Positions 35,366-48,484 are shown, numbered from the whole stretch's first letter. The stretch: DNA of 63,268 bases, filler included, from Basidiobolus ranarum (GCA_040143965.1; 18 parts of 18 records of this genome joined end to end with filler, not necessarily neighbours in it), one strand, 5' to 3'. The notes: a model not told the origin generated them from the letters alone. A program made the numbers and translations.

Positions 35366-38300
35366 TTTTAAGCATGGATCCACAGTATCCTTCAAATATC
35401 CAAAACTCCACTTAACTGCTCTGGTTGGATCAGATCCATAATTTTGAAGATATTGGCACAAGACTACCACAAAATATGCAATAAATGGCCTTGTTCCAGC
35501 CATGATGTACATCAAACTACCAGCCATAGATTGATAAGGAAATATCTGGCTTTTGTTTGAAACAAGAACATCTGATTTGAGTCATTTTTGGTCAAGTTAT
35601 GATTTGTCTCCTCAGGGGTAGATATTGGATTACATTCTTCCATTTTAAACTTCTTTAGTATATCTAGGACATTCTTAGACTGGTTTAAAGTTATTGTTTT
35701 GGTAGTCCTATCTATCTTGATTTGAATTCCAAGATAGTATGTCAGTTCACCAAGACCAGTCATTTTGAATTTGGCAGATAACATGGATTTGGTTTTCTCA
35801 AAAGTCTTCAAGTCATTGGTTGCTATAATAAGGTCATCTACATACAAGGCTAATAAAACTGGGTCTGTCTTATCTGGCCAGAAGTGGATACTATAGCTAG
35901 CATTACTCTTTTGGAATTTTAGTGTTTCCAAAAAAGCATTGATCTTACTATTCAAAGATCTTGGAGATTGTTTTAGGCCATGGAGTGTTTTCCGGAGTCT
36001 GCAAACTTTTTTAGGGTTCCCTGGGTTCAAAAATTTAACTGGCTGGTTGATATAGATCTCCTCAGCAAGCTCACCATTCAAAAAAGCTGTTTTAACATCA
36101 ATTTGATATATAATAAACTGATATTATGCTGAGATTTATGAAATCAATTAAATTGAATTTAACTTTGCTACAAAAGCAAAGATATCTGTGTAATCTATTC
36201 ATGGTGTTCAGACATAGACTTTGGCTCCTAGTCTAGCCTTGAATCTTTCTATACTGCCATCTGAGTTCTGTTTAAGTTTAAACACCCATTGGCAGCCAAT
36301 TGATCATCTATCATCAGGTAAGTTTGTTAAAATCCAAGTTTGATCAACAATCAAAGTCTGGTACTCACCATCCATTGCAGATCTCCACAATTTTGTGAGA
36401 GGGCCATTCAGGGCCTCATTTACTGTCTGGGGCTCATGTATTTGAGCTGTGTAGGCATTGGCCCAATTTTAGGACTCATTGACATAGTAGTTAGGGCTAT
36501 TTCAGATCCTATTTCATCAGCTGGTTAGGGATAAAGGTACTACAAATTCTGGCATTGAATTGGGCACTTCAGTAGGAAAATTTTTGTTGAAGGGTGCATA
36601 GGAATGTTTTTTCTTCATTGCTTTGGTTTGAATTAATTTGAATGATTGGATCTGGAGAAAATTGATTTCTGTCACCATCTGAGGACATTTTGGGTGAACA
36701 CTTTTCATTTACATTAAACAAAGCATTTCTGGACTTGATTAACTAGGAAATTTTGATATCATAGGGTCTGTAGGCCTTAGTTTGAGTACAATAACCCAGA
36801 TATATGCATTTCTTACTTTTAAGATCAAATTTATACCAATTTTTAGTCATAATTGTGACGTAAGCTATACATCCAAGGATCCTCAAATGTTTTACATCAG
36901 GTTGAACTCCAAATCAAGCTTGATGTGATTTAGAGTTATACAGACTTCAAGTAAAACTCCTATTCTGCCAATATCTGGCTGTAGCAACAGATTCTGCCCA
37001 AAAATTATGAGATATATTTTGTGCATTTATCATAGTTCTTGCTATTTCTATAATAGTCCTGTTAGCTCTTTTAGCAACTCCATTTTGTTGAGATGAATAT
37101 GGGGCCGTAGTTTCTTGCTTAATTCCATGAGCTTTGCAAAAGAGCTTAAGTAGTGTTGAAGTATATTCTCTACCATTATCAGTACATATTTTCTTGATTT
37201 TAGATCCAGTTTCAGTCTCCACCAGTGTTTTAAAATTTCCAAGATAGAGAGAGCTTCTTCTTTTCTTTCCATAAAGTAGACCCAAGTGTATCTTTTATAT
37301 TCATCAATAAATGTGATTAAAGATCTTTCACTGCCTAAAGATGGATTTTGCATAGGCTCACACAAATCTGAATGAATTAGATAACTTTTTGGTCAGAATT
37401 GATTAAACCAGAGCTCCTGAACAGTTGCCTGGCTTGTTCTCCATATACACAATCATCGCAAATTTCCATTTTGGTTGGGAGGTTAATTTGATTTCTAGAA
37501 ATTAGGCAATTTTAGATCATTTTACTCAAGTAATCAAATCCAATATGGCCAAATCTCTTGTGCTATAAATGAATAGTTTCTTGTTGGAATAACTTGTATT
37601 TACACATAAACCTCTTGGATTATATGCAAGTTAGTATAAATTCTGATCCTTTTCTCCTGAAGCTAAATTATTCCCATTTTGAACAGTGATGGTGCATCCT
37701 GACTTATCAAAGTTGAATTTTAGCCCCTCTGAGGTGGCCTTGCATAGAGATATTGAATTCTTGGCAATATCTAGAAAATATAATACATCCTTAAGAGCAT
37801 ATGCTTTCTCTTCAAAAGCTCCAGTTAAATTGACTTGAATTGTTCCCATTCCAATAGCATCCAATGTGTGGTCATCTCCTATGAAAACCTTTCTAATTGC
37901 AATTTCCTCATAATCCACATACCAATGTTTTTCATTTATGAAATGTTGGGAAGTTTCAGAATCAATATTCCACATCTGAGAATCATTGTTTGTAGTCATA
38001 GTTAGAGCAAATAGGAACAAGTGATCTTCTGTTGAAATCAATTTTAGATTCAATATGTTTTTCTTCTTTAGCAATTCTCCTAAAGCAATTTTTGTGTAAG
38101 TAGCCAGTTCTTTTACAGTAATCACAGAATGTGTCACTTTTCTTCTTAAAGTGCCTTTGACCATTATAGGAAGGTTTCCCATAGCTTATTAAAGTATTTT
38201 CTTCATTCTTTTGGTTGGATCCTGATTTGCATAAATCTTCATCCCAAAGTCTGCTAAATATATAATTTGAGATGAAACTTTCAGTTTTTGATTCTGGAGC

Positions 38301-38703
38301 CATTACTAGGCTCTGAAACTTGTGTGGCAGGCCATTCAGAACTGTAACTATGATATCTTGATCAGTGGTAGGTACTTGAATGCATTCCATTTCATACACT
38401 AAAATAGTGTTTCTCTTATTTAGATATTTAATGTCTTCTCCTGGCTTCATTCTTAAGTTAAAGAATTGTCTACTCAGAAACATCTTGTTGCCAGCAGAAC
38501 TTCTTTGGTAGGTGTCTTTCAAGGCTTTCCATACCTTCTTAGCAGTTTAAGCTCTTGAATTATGAATTTGCAATTTGTTCTTTTGAACATGGAGTAAAAC
38601 TTTGGTTTCCAATAGTTTTGCATTGTGCCAAGGTCCTTTTACTAGCCGCAGCATTTTCATTTTAATTTTCCAAACTTGATAATTGGTTCCATCCAATTTT
38701 TTG
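35366..38703 (-). mobile_element. Near-complete degenerate copia gag-pol
   Basis: CDYCKRTGYLHKNC knuckle; WNIDSETSQH; TDNGREYTS...SSQQNGVAKRANR; KTAFLNGEL; LALYVDDLII. Confidence 0.94.
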
Positions 38704-38803
38704 NNNNNNNNNNNNNNNNNNNNNNNNNNNNNNNNNNNNNNNNNNNNTTAATTAATTAANNNNNNNNNNNNNNNNNNNNNNNNNNNNNNNNNNNNNNNNN
38801 NNN

Positions 38804-41531
38804 CCATTCACGCTGTTCTCGACCTAAGCTCTTCATATCCGACTCTACTTAAGTATATATGTGGCCAGTTGCTCAAAATACCTTCTCCTGACAACTTTGC
38901 TTTAAGAGTTGTTGAAACTGATGAGCTTGTCACTGAAGAGGTATATCTCTATTCAAATAATTCAAGTAGCCTCCCTCCTCTCTCAACTTAATCGACTTTA
39001 CTTTATAGAATTACCGGAGAAGACTGAAAACCTCAAAATCTTTAAAAGTAGTTCCTGCTCCTACAGTAGAAGCTAGAGAACTATATGGAAAATTGGAAAC
39101 TAGCGATGAAAAGAGTTTAAAGTTGACCGTATTTTCCATTCAAAAAAATTTGAAAGTATTAAAACCTTCAGCCACTTCGAAAAGAAGCAATTTGTTAAAA
39201 GGGTTTCATTTGTAGGAAGTGGAATTTGTTGACGAATTTCTATTACTCGGAGGCTTGACTTCGTTGATCAAAATCATTAGTAGTTCAAATGGAAATGTCT
39301 TAGCGTATGCATTAAATTCACTCTTGAGTATCATGCAGCATGAGCACGGTTGGGAGACGATACAACCTGAATTTGTTAAAACGGTAAAAAGAATTATGTT
39401 TATTGAAGTGATATCCTTCGACTTCCATCACCCCGCTCACCTCTCTTTACAGTTAGTAAACATCATTGTGGAACAAAACCTGGTCAACATTTGTCGTCCA
39501 GCCACTTCAATATTAATCAAGCTAGTGTGTGCGGATTCAACTGCTAATTCGCCAGTACAATGTTACGGATTTAACTTTGTATACTCAGCGATTCTAGATG
39601 CACCGAACTTCTTGAGTATTTTGGTTCATAGACTCAATGCTGCTGATTATCTACTTCAAAAGAATAGCTTGACTTTGATCAATGGCTTACTTGGACATGT
39701 CACGGATGCACATCGTTTCGACCTTCTTGATAAATTAGAGGAACTGAGAGTGAAGAAGGCAGTTATGGTAAATGCTTGACTTCGTTTTATCATGATTGTA
39801 CCACTCATGTTACTCAAACTAGTCTCTCTAGAGTATGATGCAGTCGAATTCAGATGGAGAGATTTTAAAGCATTTGCTTGAGTTTCAACGCCTATTTATT
39901 AGGGATTTGAATAGGAAAAAAAGAAGCAATCCATTGAACTATCCAAAGCAGGATGAGATGCTAAACTTTATATGGGAAGCTGCTTCGATACCCGATACTT
40001 TATCTCCAGATTGGCATATGGTCGGCTTTGACGTAAGTTTTAACTCTTATAAACAGGCTCTATACATAAATAATCAATTATTTGATACTTGATTCAGACA
40101 GAAACGCCTATCAAAGAGTTTCAAAGGGTTGGCTTACTTGGCTTCTTATGTATGTATTCCTTTGTCACTCGTAATCGAGATTTTTACGCCAAGGTATGAC
40201 TTCAATGACGAATCTAATGAACTACTTGATACTAAAACCCTTTATCCTGAATGACCATAGTCAATTTTGGAACAGGCTAGTAGGCAGATTGAACGTCGTT
40301 GTCCTTTCGCGAAGGTGTGCATTGAAGTAATAGAGCTATTATGCGACTATTGGAACATCAACGTTGGTTGTAAGTATTTTTTTTAACTTTGCGGGAATCT
40401 CAAAGCTATCAGGAATATAAACTCGTTTTCACTTAAGATACAACTAGTACGGTGGTTCAACCCCTTTTGTTAGCATTCGATAACGTTCATGATATAACGG
40501 TGAAAGCTTTCTTTCGTATGTGGACTGAGATGAAAGCTACATTCACGGATTTCGCGAAGGTTTCGGCTTTGATCAGATCACAAATCTTCTTTACACTGAA
40601 GGATGAACCACAAATCTATCTATATCAATTTGAGCAATCTATGTTGGAAGTACCTTATCACGTAGTTAGAGAGCGACAACTTAAAGAGTTGGAACAAGAA
40701 GATGATTTTCTGTCTAAATTAGCAGTAAGGTAATATTTCCACTTCGTACCCTTTTGATACAAGTCAAATGCAATATTGATCTCGTCTCTCATTGGGATAT
40801 ATCATCGTGTACTATGATTAGAAATTTGAGAGAACGCTTATACAAAGAAAGTTACCAATTTGTTAAGGAGCAGAGGATCAGTTGCCTTTTGAATGGAGCT
40901 TGGTTTAATTCGACCCCGATAAAAACTAAAGGGAAACCGACGTATCGTTATTATAAGCTCTCCCCAAATCGAAAATACCTACACTATGCTGAATTTGGTG
41001 ACATTTTGCCAGGGAAACTAACTTTAGAACAGCTACCAGAGAAAGGTAAAGTTCCTTTATAGTACTAAATTCTATGAGCTATGATGTACGATGGTAATTA
41101 TTCTACAATTTCATTCAGTCGACTTATCTCTTGTAACGAGTATCGTCACTGACTCTGCAGCTAATTCACTTATTCGTAAACCGTCCACCTCGGTGGTTGG
41201 AGGAATCCCTGGGATGGGTAATGTTTATAATTTCTCGTTAATGTATGGGCCAGATATTACATTGGCAGAATTTTACACGCCAGTAGAGACACAATTTTCC
41301 GAATGGACGGACGGATTTAACATGCTTTTTGATAAAAATATCGCCAACAAAGATACAGCAGAGCTGATCCAAAGTCTAACAGAAATAGAATTGAAAGTGC
41401 ATTTACTGGATATCTCCGCAGAACAAATTGAATTACCGACTTACTGCGAAGTCCCGGAATTACCCTCCAACTTTAATTTCTACTACTTGGATCAATCGAA
41501 TGATTGTGATACTTTCGTCAACTATTCGTAA
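38804..41531 (+). CDS. ELMO/CED-12 family protein (ARM, ELMO and PH domains), 5' end cut, multi-exon
   Basis: Exons at about 38804-38940, 39009-39155, 39216-39383, 39453-39767, 39832-40032, 40098-40193, 40261-40369, 40438-40729, 40822-41045 and 41119-41531, all GT-AG. Motifs GNVLAYALNSL, RCPFAK, FVKEQRISCLLNGAWF, LSPNRKYLHY and EWTDGFNML. Confidence 0.9.
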
Positions 41532-41695
41532 ATCAGATATTATTTCTACTCTCTATTCCTAGTCCTAATCCTAATATATATATGAAGATTGTGATGCGAT
41601 GTTTTATTAAATAATAAAAATTTCATAAAGGAATGTTTTTGAGGTAAGAGAGCAGGTTAGCGAGAATAGGAGAGCTGATAAAACATCCAAGTTGA

Positions 41696-42221
41696 CTAAC
41701 GGAAGAATTTCATGTAGACAATGAAACAAATGATCATTATCAGTAACAAAATAATCGCTGCACTAATTAATTTATTCGTCATCATTCTAATTTGTATCAA
41801 GTAGATTAGCAAAGAAAAGCGTGGATTTTGAACTAGAATCAGATGCTGTTCACTTACCTACTAGCCATTGATTTAAGTGTTCTTGTGGCACGATCAACCG
41901 AAGAATCTGCTTCAAATAACTAAATCATCATTTCCAAGAATGAACATGATTAACTTCGCCTTAGATTAAGGAAATGTTAAAAGTGAATTTACCGTATCCC
42001 TAGTATGCTGAATTTGCTCCCTTTGAGATCTAAGATCACCCAAAATACCCACTCCAAGTGATTCTAAATAGGGGGAGGATTTAATGAGATAAGTATATCT
42101 TAAGAATTCAAGTGAATTCCATTTCTTAAGACTTTACCCGTTTCCAAAGCCAAACGATGAGAATCTTGAAGTTTACGTGAAGAATCCTGTAATCTATCAG
42201 TTCCAGATAAAAGTCGAGCTC
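41696..42221 (-). CDS. VTI1: Qb-SNARE Vti1, last four exons (42138-42221, 41993-42063, 41858-41919, 41696-41786)
   Basis: ARLLSGTDRLQDSSRKLQDSHRLALET|ESLGVGILGDLRSQREQIQHTRDT|LFEADSSVDRATRTLKSMAS|RMMTNKLIS plus a C-terminal transmembrane segment. Absent from the ORF track. Confidence 0.92.
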
Positions 42222-42321
42222 NNNNNNNNNNNNNNNNNNNNNNNNNNNNNNNNNNNNNNNNNNNNTTAATTAATTAANNNNNNNNNNNNNNNNNNNNNNN
42301 NNNNNNNNNNNNNNNNNNNNN

Positions 42322-42485
42322 TACTAGGAAACTCAGCTTTGTCAACTTCTTGACTTTATCTTTGAATATTATATTCTAACTTGGCTTATTTATTTATTGA
42401 CTTTGTTTAAATTGATAAATAAATATTACACCATCTGGTGCTTTTCATCCCCCTAACCCTAACCCTAAGAACGTCTTTACCCTAA
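42322..42485 (+). mobile_element. 3' end of an unclassified retroelement-like sequence with a (CCCTAA)n tail, abutting copia gag
   Basis: ATAAATATTACACC..GTG..TCATCC followed by CCCTAA x3 (42451-42468) and another CCCTAA at 42480-42485. Related end at 43429-43472. Confidence 0.5.
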
Positions 42486-43027
42486 AACTTTGGTTTCACA
42501 TGGTTTTGCATTGTTTTCTTCTCCTACAACAGTGTCCCAAAGTCCTTTTTCTTACATCAGCATATTCAATTTAACTTTCCAAACTTGAAAATGGTTCCAT
42601 CCAATTTTTCAGAAGAGGGAAAAGTTCCATAAATCTGAGAAGTAGACATTGCAGAGAGTGCAAGCTTGGGGCTCATAACCTGTTAGAGTATTTGGGAGGC
42701 TGTTGGAATTGGTTTAGAGAATTAGAGGTATTGGTGATTTTCACTTGTTTATTTATTGGGTAGAAAGTTGATATTTATAGTTTTGTCAAGATATACACAA
42801 ACTAACATGTAGAATGTGCTAAAGAAAGTCTCAGGAACATGTGTGCAAAGTTTGGGGCTTCTGGCACAAGTTTGAAAAATATATGTATCTGAGTACTTCT
42901 AAGTTGGTAAAAATATTCCAAGTAAGTTCCAATGAAGAATAATGGATAATATCTTAGCAAATTATAAGATAACCACATATTAAGCTATATATGACTATAT
43001 AGGTGTTTAGGAATGCTAATTTCAACA
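42486..43027 (-). mobile_element. Copia 5' end: LTR 42681-43027, PBS 42669-42680, gag start
   Basis: TGTTGAAATT...TAACA followed by GGTTATGAGCCC; then MSTSQIYGTFPSSEKLDGT / FQVWKVKLNML.*EKGLWDTVVG. Confidence 0.92.
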
Positions 43028-43472
43028 GAAAAGGATATTGGTGTTCTTTTCATTGAAGAAGTCAAGGATCATCTTGAATGGGATCTCTTTGATCATACTT
43101 TCAGACAGCACATTGACAGCCCTCTTTTTGCACCTTTCTCTTTAGAAAAGGAACTCTTTGCAAGATTTACCAGTCTGCTACAGAACTCTCCTTCACTTCA
43201 AGTCACCAATTTTTGAAGAAATTACTATATTGAACATGCAGTTGAACTTCATTCTCCACTAGACTTTGACATTCAACATCTATGGGAAAGAGCAAATTCT
43301 AAGGTTTTCAACTAACCTCAGTATTTCCATACTTCATTATTTTCATTATATTTTAACATCAACATATATTGTTAGCATCTTATGCTATATTGGCATATTT
43401 ATTTGATAGTTGTTTATCTGCTTATTGAATAAATATTACACCCTGTGATGTTTATCATCCCCCTAACACTAA
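43028..43472 (+). mobile_element. Possible non-LTR retroelement 3' portion (ORF remnant, AT-rich UTR, CCCTAACACTAA end)
   Basis: CpG-free decayed frame KDIGVLFIEEVKDHLEWDLF...; the 3' motif is shared with 42415-42468. Confidence 0.4.
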
Positions 43473-43648
43473 ATCTTGTTTGAGATACTTGCCTTATTAC
43501 TCAACAAATATTTTGAAGTTTATTTAACTTATAACTGGCCAAAGGATTAAGCGTAAACAATAAATAGTTGAAATCACGATTCAATACTTATCTACTTCTT
43601 AACAAACTCAACCTGGAATTAGTGCTGACTTGCTGCATTTAATCTCTC

Positions 43649-44562
43649 TCAATTATGGATATTAAAGTTTTTAGAGACAATGGTAGCTACGTGTCTACCT
43701 AGTAATTTGTGAAGCTTAGTTGTGGGATGAACGGCATCCCAAACCAAATATTCATCAGGTTTTTTACACACTTTCAAGGCGTCTAAACAACTAGAGTTGG
43801 TAATTTTAAAGTCGTACATGGTAGGGTTGTCTAGTACACCTGACAACCAAGTATGCACATCAACATGTGTGATGTTGCTGCTCTTCATTGCATCCACCCT
43901 TTTGAAGAGTTCGCTGTTAAACTGGTTGATAACATCTTTAACATAAGGCTTATTTTTGGGCTTGATAACTGGGAGTCTGTCGAGAGGAAATTGATTAAAC
44001 ACGATGAAGTTTCTTGCCTTGTAGATTGTATACATTCTTTCAATTCCTTTCATGACATTGTCAACAATTGTGGTGATTGTGTAATTCCTCACCATCACAT
44101 AGGTATAGGCGTGAGCAAGGCCCATAATATCATTGGCTCCCATAAATACTGCGTACAAATTTTGTTCCTGGCTCCCATATGGAGGAGGGAGTTGCTCAAG
44201 CTGCTGTTTAAAACCAGGTACAATGTAGTCATTATACTTGGAATAGACGTAGTCGTTGTTGCTTGTGGCCCCTCCAAATGCGTTGTTAATTTGCGGAATC
44301 CCTAGCGATTTAGCAGTGTAGTCAATCCAAGTTGGTCCATTGGAGAAACGCCCTTCATAGTAGGGAGCAGGTGGATAACCACTGTACCGGTGAGTATTTC
44401 CATTATCCTGGTAAAGAGCAATGATTAATCTATCTGTATGTGTGTACTTTGTTGTTAGTTACTTACTGTTAATGAATCTGCATAAGCGACGATACGATTA
44501 ATCTCGGCGTATACGACTTGAGATGCGATCAAAACTGATAACAATGTTGAAATTTTGAACAT
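43649..44562 (-). CDS. Secreted GDSL/SGNH esterase-lipase (exons 44467-44562 and 43649-44407)
   Basis: Signal peptide; ADSLT|DNGN (block I); GRFSNGPTW; NAFGGAT (II); MGAND (III); WDAVHPT (V). In-frame intron at 44408-44466. Confidence 0.93.
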
Positions 44563-45239
44563 GCTGAATAGTGAAAAAGGAGTTAATGACAGCTCTCAAG
44601 TCCTCTCCTACTTTATATACCTTGCTGAATTTGGTTTCTACGGAACGGCACAACCTCATTTGGAGGATGAGAGCAATTACTAAGCTGTATTAATTAAATG
44701 ATAACCGAAGTGCAACAAGATTGGGTGACGATGTTTTTATTCAGACCATTGGTCATTGGTGGCTAGGATAAATCTACGACTGTAAAGCGAGACAATATTC
44801 ATAACTAGCAACACGGGTAAAGTTGTAAAGATTTTACACCATGTTCATCAGTGCATTGTCACCGCCTATTTCAAAGGTAACCGATTTGTAGTTTATTTTC
44901 ACTCTCGCCATTGAAGATCACAATGTCTAAGCGTTTCCAATAATCCTTCGCGATTCGTTACAACGAGCTTTATGTCTAATATTGATTCGATACAACCAAT
45001 GAGTGGGTGATTATAAAATCAAGAAATCTTCAGATAATTGTTTCCGATTGGTTACTGCGAGGTTGTGTGGATTGGATATGTAAAGAGTGTCACCGATGTT
45101 CTTCTCATTGATTTGGTTCTGTTGAGTGATAGTAGCGTCATGTCTATCAAGAATCTCTACGGAAAGTTGAGAGATTACTGGGAGGCAATAAAAATGCATG
45201 GAATTTATTTATCTTGGCATAGGTTAACATCACTAATAC

Positions 45240-45733
45240 TCAAGTAGCATTACGTTGCCGGAATTTTAAGCCCTAGACAACACCTCAAGGTGCGATAAAT
45301 GTGCATACTATAATAGCCCAAACTGTGTCAACAAATGCACTATTTCCCATCATTCCATTTTTTACACTTTCACTGGCCATGACCAAACCGATTTCTCCCC
45401 GAGCTATCATGGCTATACCTACGACTACTCCATGCGGTATTGTTGGCTTCACCCACATACCTGCCAAAAATTTGGTTATAGCCATCGCCAAGGTATAGAT
45501 CGCTGCATTTCCAACATTTTCTGGATTGAAAAGGGATGAAACGGGTACGATGAATCCAATAGATGAGAAGAAAATCGGTGTTGTCCAAGTCATGATTGGG
45601 TGAACATGACTATGAAAAAGGTCATTTGGAAGTGAATATGGGGCAAATATGAATCCTGCTACAAAAGCTCAAAGTAGCTTTGAGCGGCCCAGTATTTCAG
45701 CAAGAACTGAAAATACAAGTCCAACTACTAGAA
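45240..45733 (-). pseudogene. Cation/H+ antiporter (CPA2/Kef-type) C-terminal part with in-frame stops
   Basis: LL*AFVAG; PIFFSSIGF; VGIAMIARGEIGLVMA; IAP*GVV*GL. TGA at 45669-45671 and 45285-45287. Confidence 0.8.
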
Positions 45734-45833
45734 NNNNNNNNNNNNNNNNNNNNNNNNNNNNNNNNNNNNNNNNNNNNTTAATTAATTAANNNNNNNNNNN
45801 NNNNNNNNNNNNNNNNNNNNNNNNNNNNNNNNN

Positions 45834-47857
45834 TTTGAGGGAATCACATTCAGTGAATTTTTGGAACTTGGAGTGAAAAAACTGGTAATAGCCTTGGAAC
45901 TTTTCCCCTCGTCTTTCGCAAAGCAAGATGCGGATATGGAAAAGCGCGCACATGGGAAAACGTGCTCTGCACCGCTGAAAAGCTCTAGCACGCTTTGTCC
46001 TAATATATCTGGACAAGTCAAGGATCCCCGTGATATCATAGGACCCGATTTAGAGTGACCTGAGGATGCGGTTATACACCGATAGTGGAGCTGCCCGTCA
46101 GAAAGAGGGATTATGAACGATGTTCATGTAGCTAATAAACAAGTGGACATTGAGTCAAATACATACCGCAAGTGTTTTAGGCCATCGACTATTCAGATCA
46201 AAGTCATATTGTAAACGTGTATACAGCTCGATACTCAATATGTTGATCCAGGATTCCGCTTCCGCAATAGTCTTAATAGCCGGATGAAATGATTTAGCCG
46301 CCATCATAGATTTCGTGATATTTCGGGGAACAACTAAATACAAACATTCAGTGATTGCCAATGGTCAAGACCAAATAAGCTTAGATTTCAACCTTCTTCA
46401 TCATCAATTCCCCTAACAATATTGTATAAAAACATCCCAGTTCCTTGCCCAAATCGCTTACTTAGTTCTTCTGCCGTATACTGCCTTGATGTTTGGTGGT
46501 GGGTGGTTAGGGGTCTGGTAGATCATCAAATTTTCATGAATACTAACCATAAGTCGCTGGCAGTCTCGGCTTTTAGCTGTTGCTCTATGAGATCACCTAA
46601 TTTCCCACCCAAAGAGCGAATCTTACGGAATGGCAAGTCACGAAGGAATTCAAGCACTGCTGAATGCCTGATGATGGTCTGTGCAAGGCATGGTAATTAG
46701 TTTAGTTTACAGGAAAGGTCGACAGGCTTACGAGCTACCTGTTGATTGGGTTTATTCAACGCAGAGCCTAATTTCGCCAGTGTTTTATTATGCGCAATAC
46801 CTAAAATGACAGAGACAATAAATGGTTAGGAATATTTTTGAAAGTGAATGATTATAATGTACCTGTAGAACAGGTGTAGTTCAATTCTTCATATACTAGA
46901 GTGCGAATAGTTCTGGAGATTTCTGCACCAATGGCAAGTTGTATGTCCTTCCATTCCAACTCTACATCCAAGCCACCTAGTACCACTCCAAGATTGCTCC
47001 AATCTATAGCAGGTGGACACACATCATTCAAATATCCAGCGTACCGTTCAATAATGATTTTGTTTACTTGCTCAGTTACATCGATATACGCTTCATCTAA
47101 AACAATCAGTCAAGAAATATATAGCATTAGTGTGCGGACATTTCAAAGATTGTTGATATGGAAAGTGAAAGACTGGTTGAATTTACCTACACTGGCTTTT
47201 TGAACATTCTTATTAATGCGCCGAAATATTTCAAATATCTGAGAACTAGCTCTCCGATAAGGTTCTAGTGAGACTTTGTGAGTGTCACGTTGTGGGTTGG
47301 TATGATATTCAAATGAAGTTCCCTCGGTATAAGTGGCTACGTGAACCAGCTGAAGGTCTAAGTTATGGTGAACAGGCATAAGTGATTCTTAGAAAGTATA
47401 GGAACATGTTTGTAGTCTAATTTGATTAGCTACCTGGACATAGTTTCAATGCGTCTGCAACCGAAGAATGTCTAAAATAAAATGAACGTGGTCAGAACAC
47501 TTTCAACCATTGAAAGTTATATAAAACAAAAACCTCTGGACACCCATTTTACGAGCAGGGTAATTCACGGCAATGAGGCCTTGCCATTGCTGAACTGCTA
47601 CAGCCTTTTCTGGCGGTAGGTTTAATCTGACTTGTTCTAGAGATTGGTGAGTAATAAAGAAAAAAATCCGGAGTTTATGAACGCATTTCAGTGTCCTCTC
47701 GAGATACATACCAACTTGACAATAGAAACAATCTATACGTTTGGATACTCATTTAGTTACTGAAGTGTAATATGTGTAAATCGAAGTAAAAAAGAATACC
47801 TAAATCTATATGTAGGATGCACCTACTATAGCGTAGCTCTTCTGGTAAAGTCTTCAT
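45834..47857 (-). CDS. RAD30: Y-family DNA polymerase eta, multi-exon, 3' end cut
   Basis: ILHIDL|DCFYCQV|EQVRL..P...AVQQWQGLIAVNYPAR; KVSLEPYRRAS; ASV|DEAYID; YTCST|GIAHNKTLAKL; KIRSLGGKLG. Confidence 0.93.
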
Positions 47858-48484
47858 TTTCGGTCAGAAGTGCTGGTATCTTTTTGTTGATGTTAACACT
47901 GGAACATGAAACAACAGTAAACCTAGTGATTTTTAACTTTGATAAAACAGTCACTGTTTTTAGTTATCCGTTGTTTAGATATTGCAACATTACTTTTTTT
48001 TGAAAATTATATACACTTAGATGTTTGCCGTAAATACTGGATCATTGCGATCTATTTGATTGGGTTGAGTGATCAATTCTAAGACAGATAGATGGATCAA
48101 ATATGTACATTCATATATACACATAATATTGATGACCATATGGAATGCTGCGCTTTACTTTTGAACTGCGTAACATGCAAGAGTTAAATCGATTCAGGTT
48201 TACAAGAGGCGAAATACTTTGCTCTATGTATTCAAGATCCCTACGTTAAGGGTACAATGCTTATGGTTGATATTGTAGTCATTATTATTTAATAAAGCGT
48301 GAAAAAAATTCTATCGATTGTAGTGATAGCAACCGTATTCAGTGTAATTACATGGGTGGGCTCGGGCTGGAGCGTAAGATTAAGTAGTTGAAGATAGACA
48401 GGAATTGGTCGTTGCCAACAAGATAGTACATACTACGAATACAGGTAACATTTCATAAGAGAAATATGATAACAAAGAGAGCAC

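Noticed and set aside
45270..45290. TGA/TAG at probable Trp codons as A-to-I editing or a variant genetic code
   Set aside because: A further TGA replaces a conserved Gly, and intact genes here use TGA as stop. A pseudogene is the simpler explanation.
13109..47857. Apparent cluster of deacetylase, transporter, oxidase, lipase and polymerase
   Set aside because: The genes lie on separate concatenated contigs, so adjacency is meaningless.
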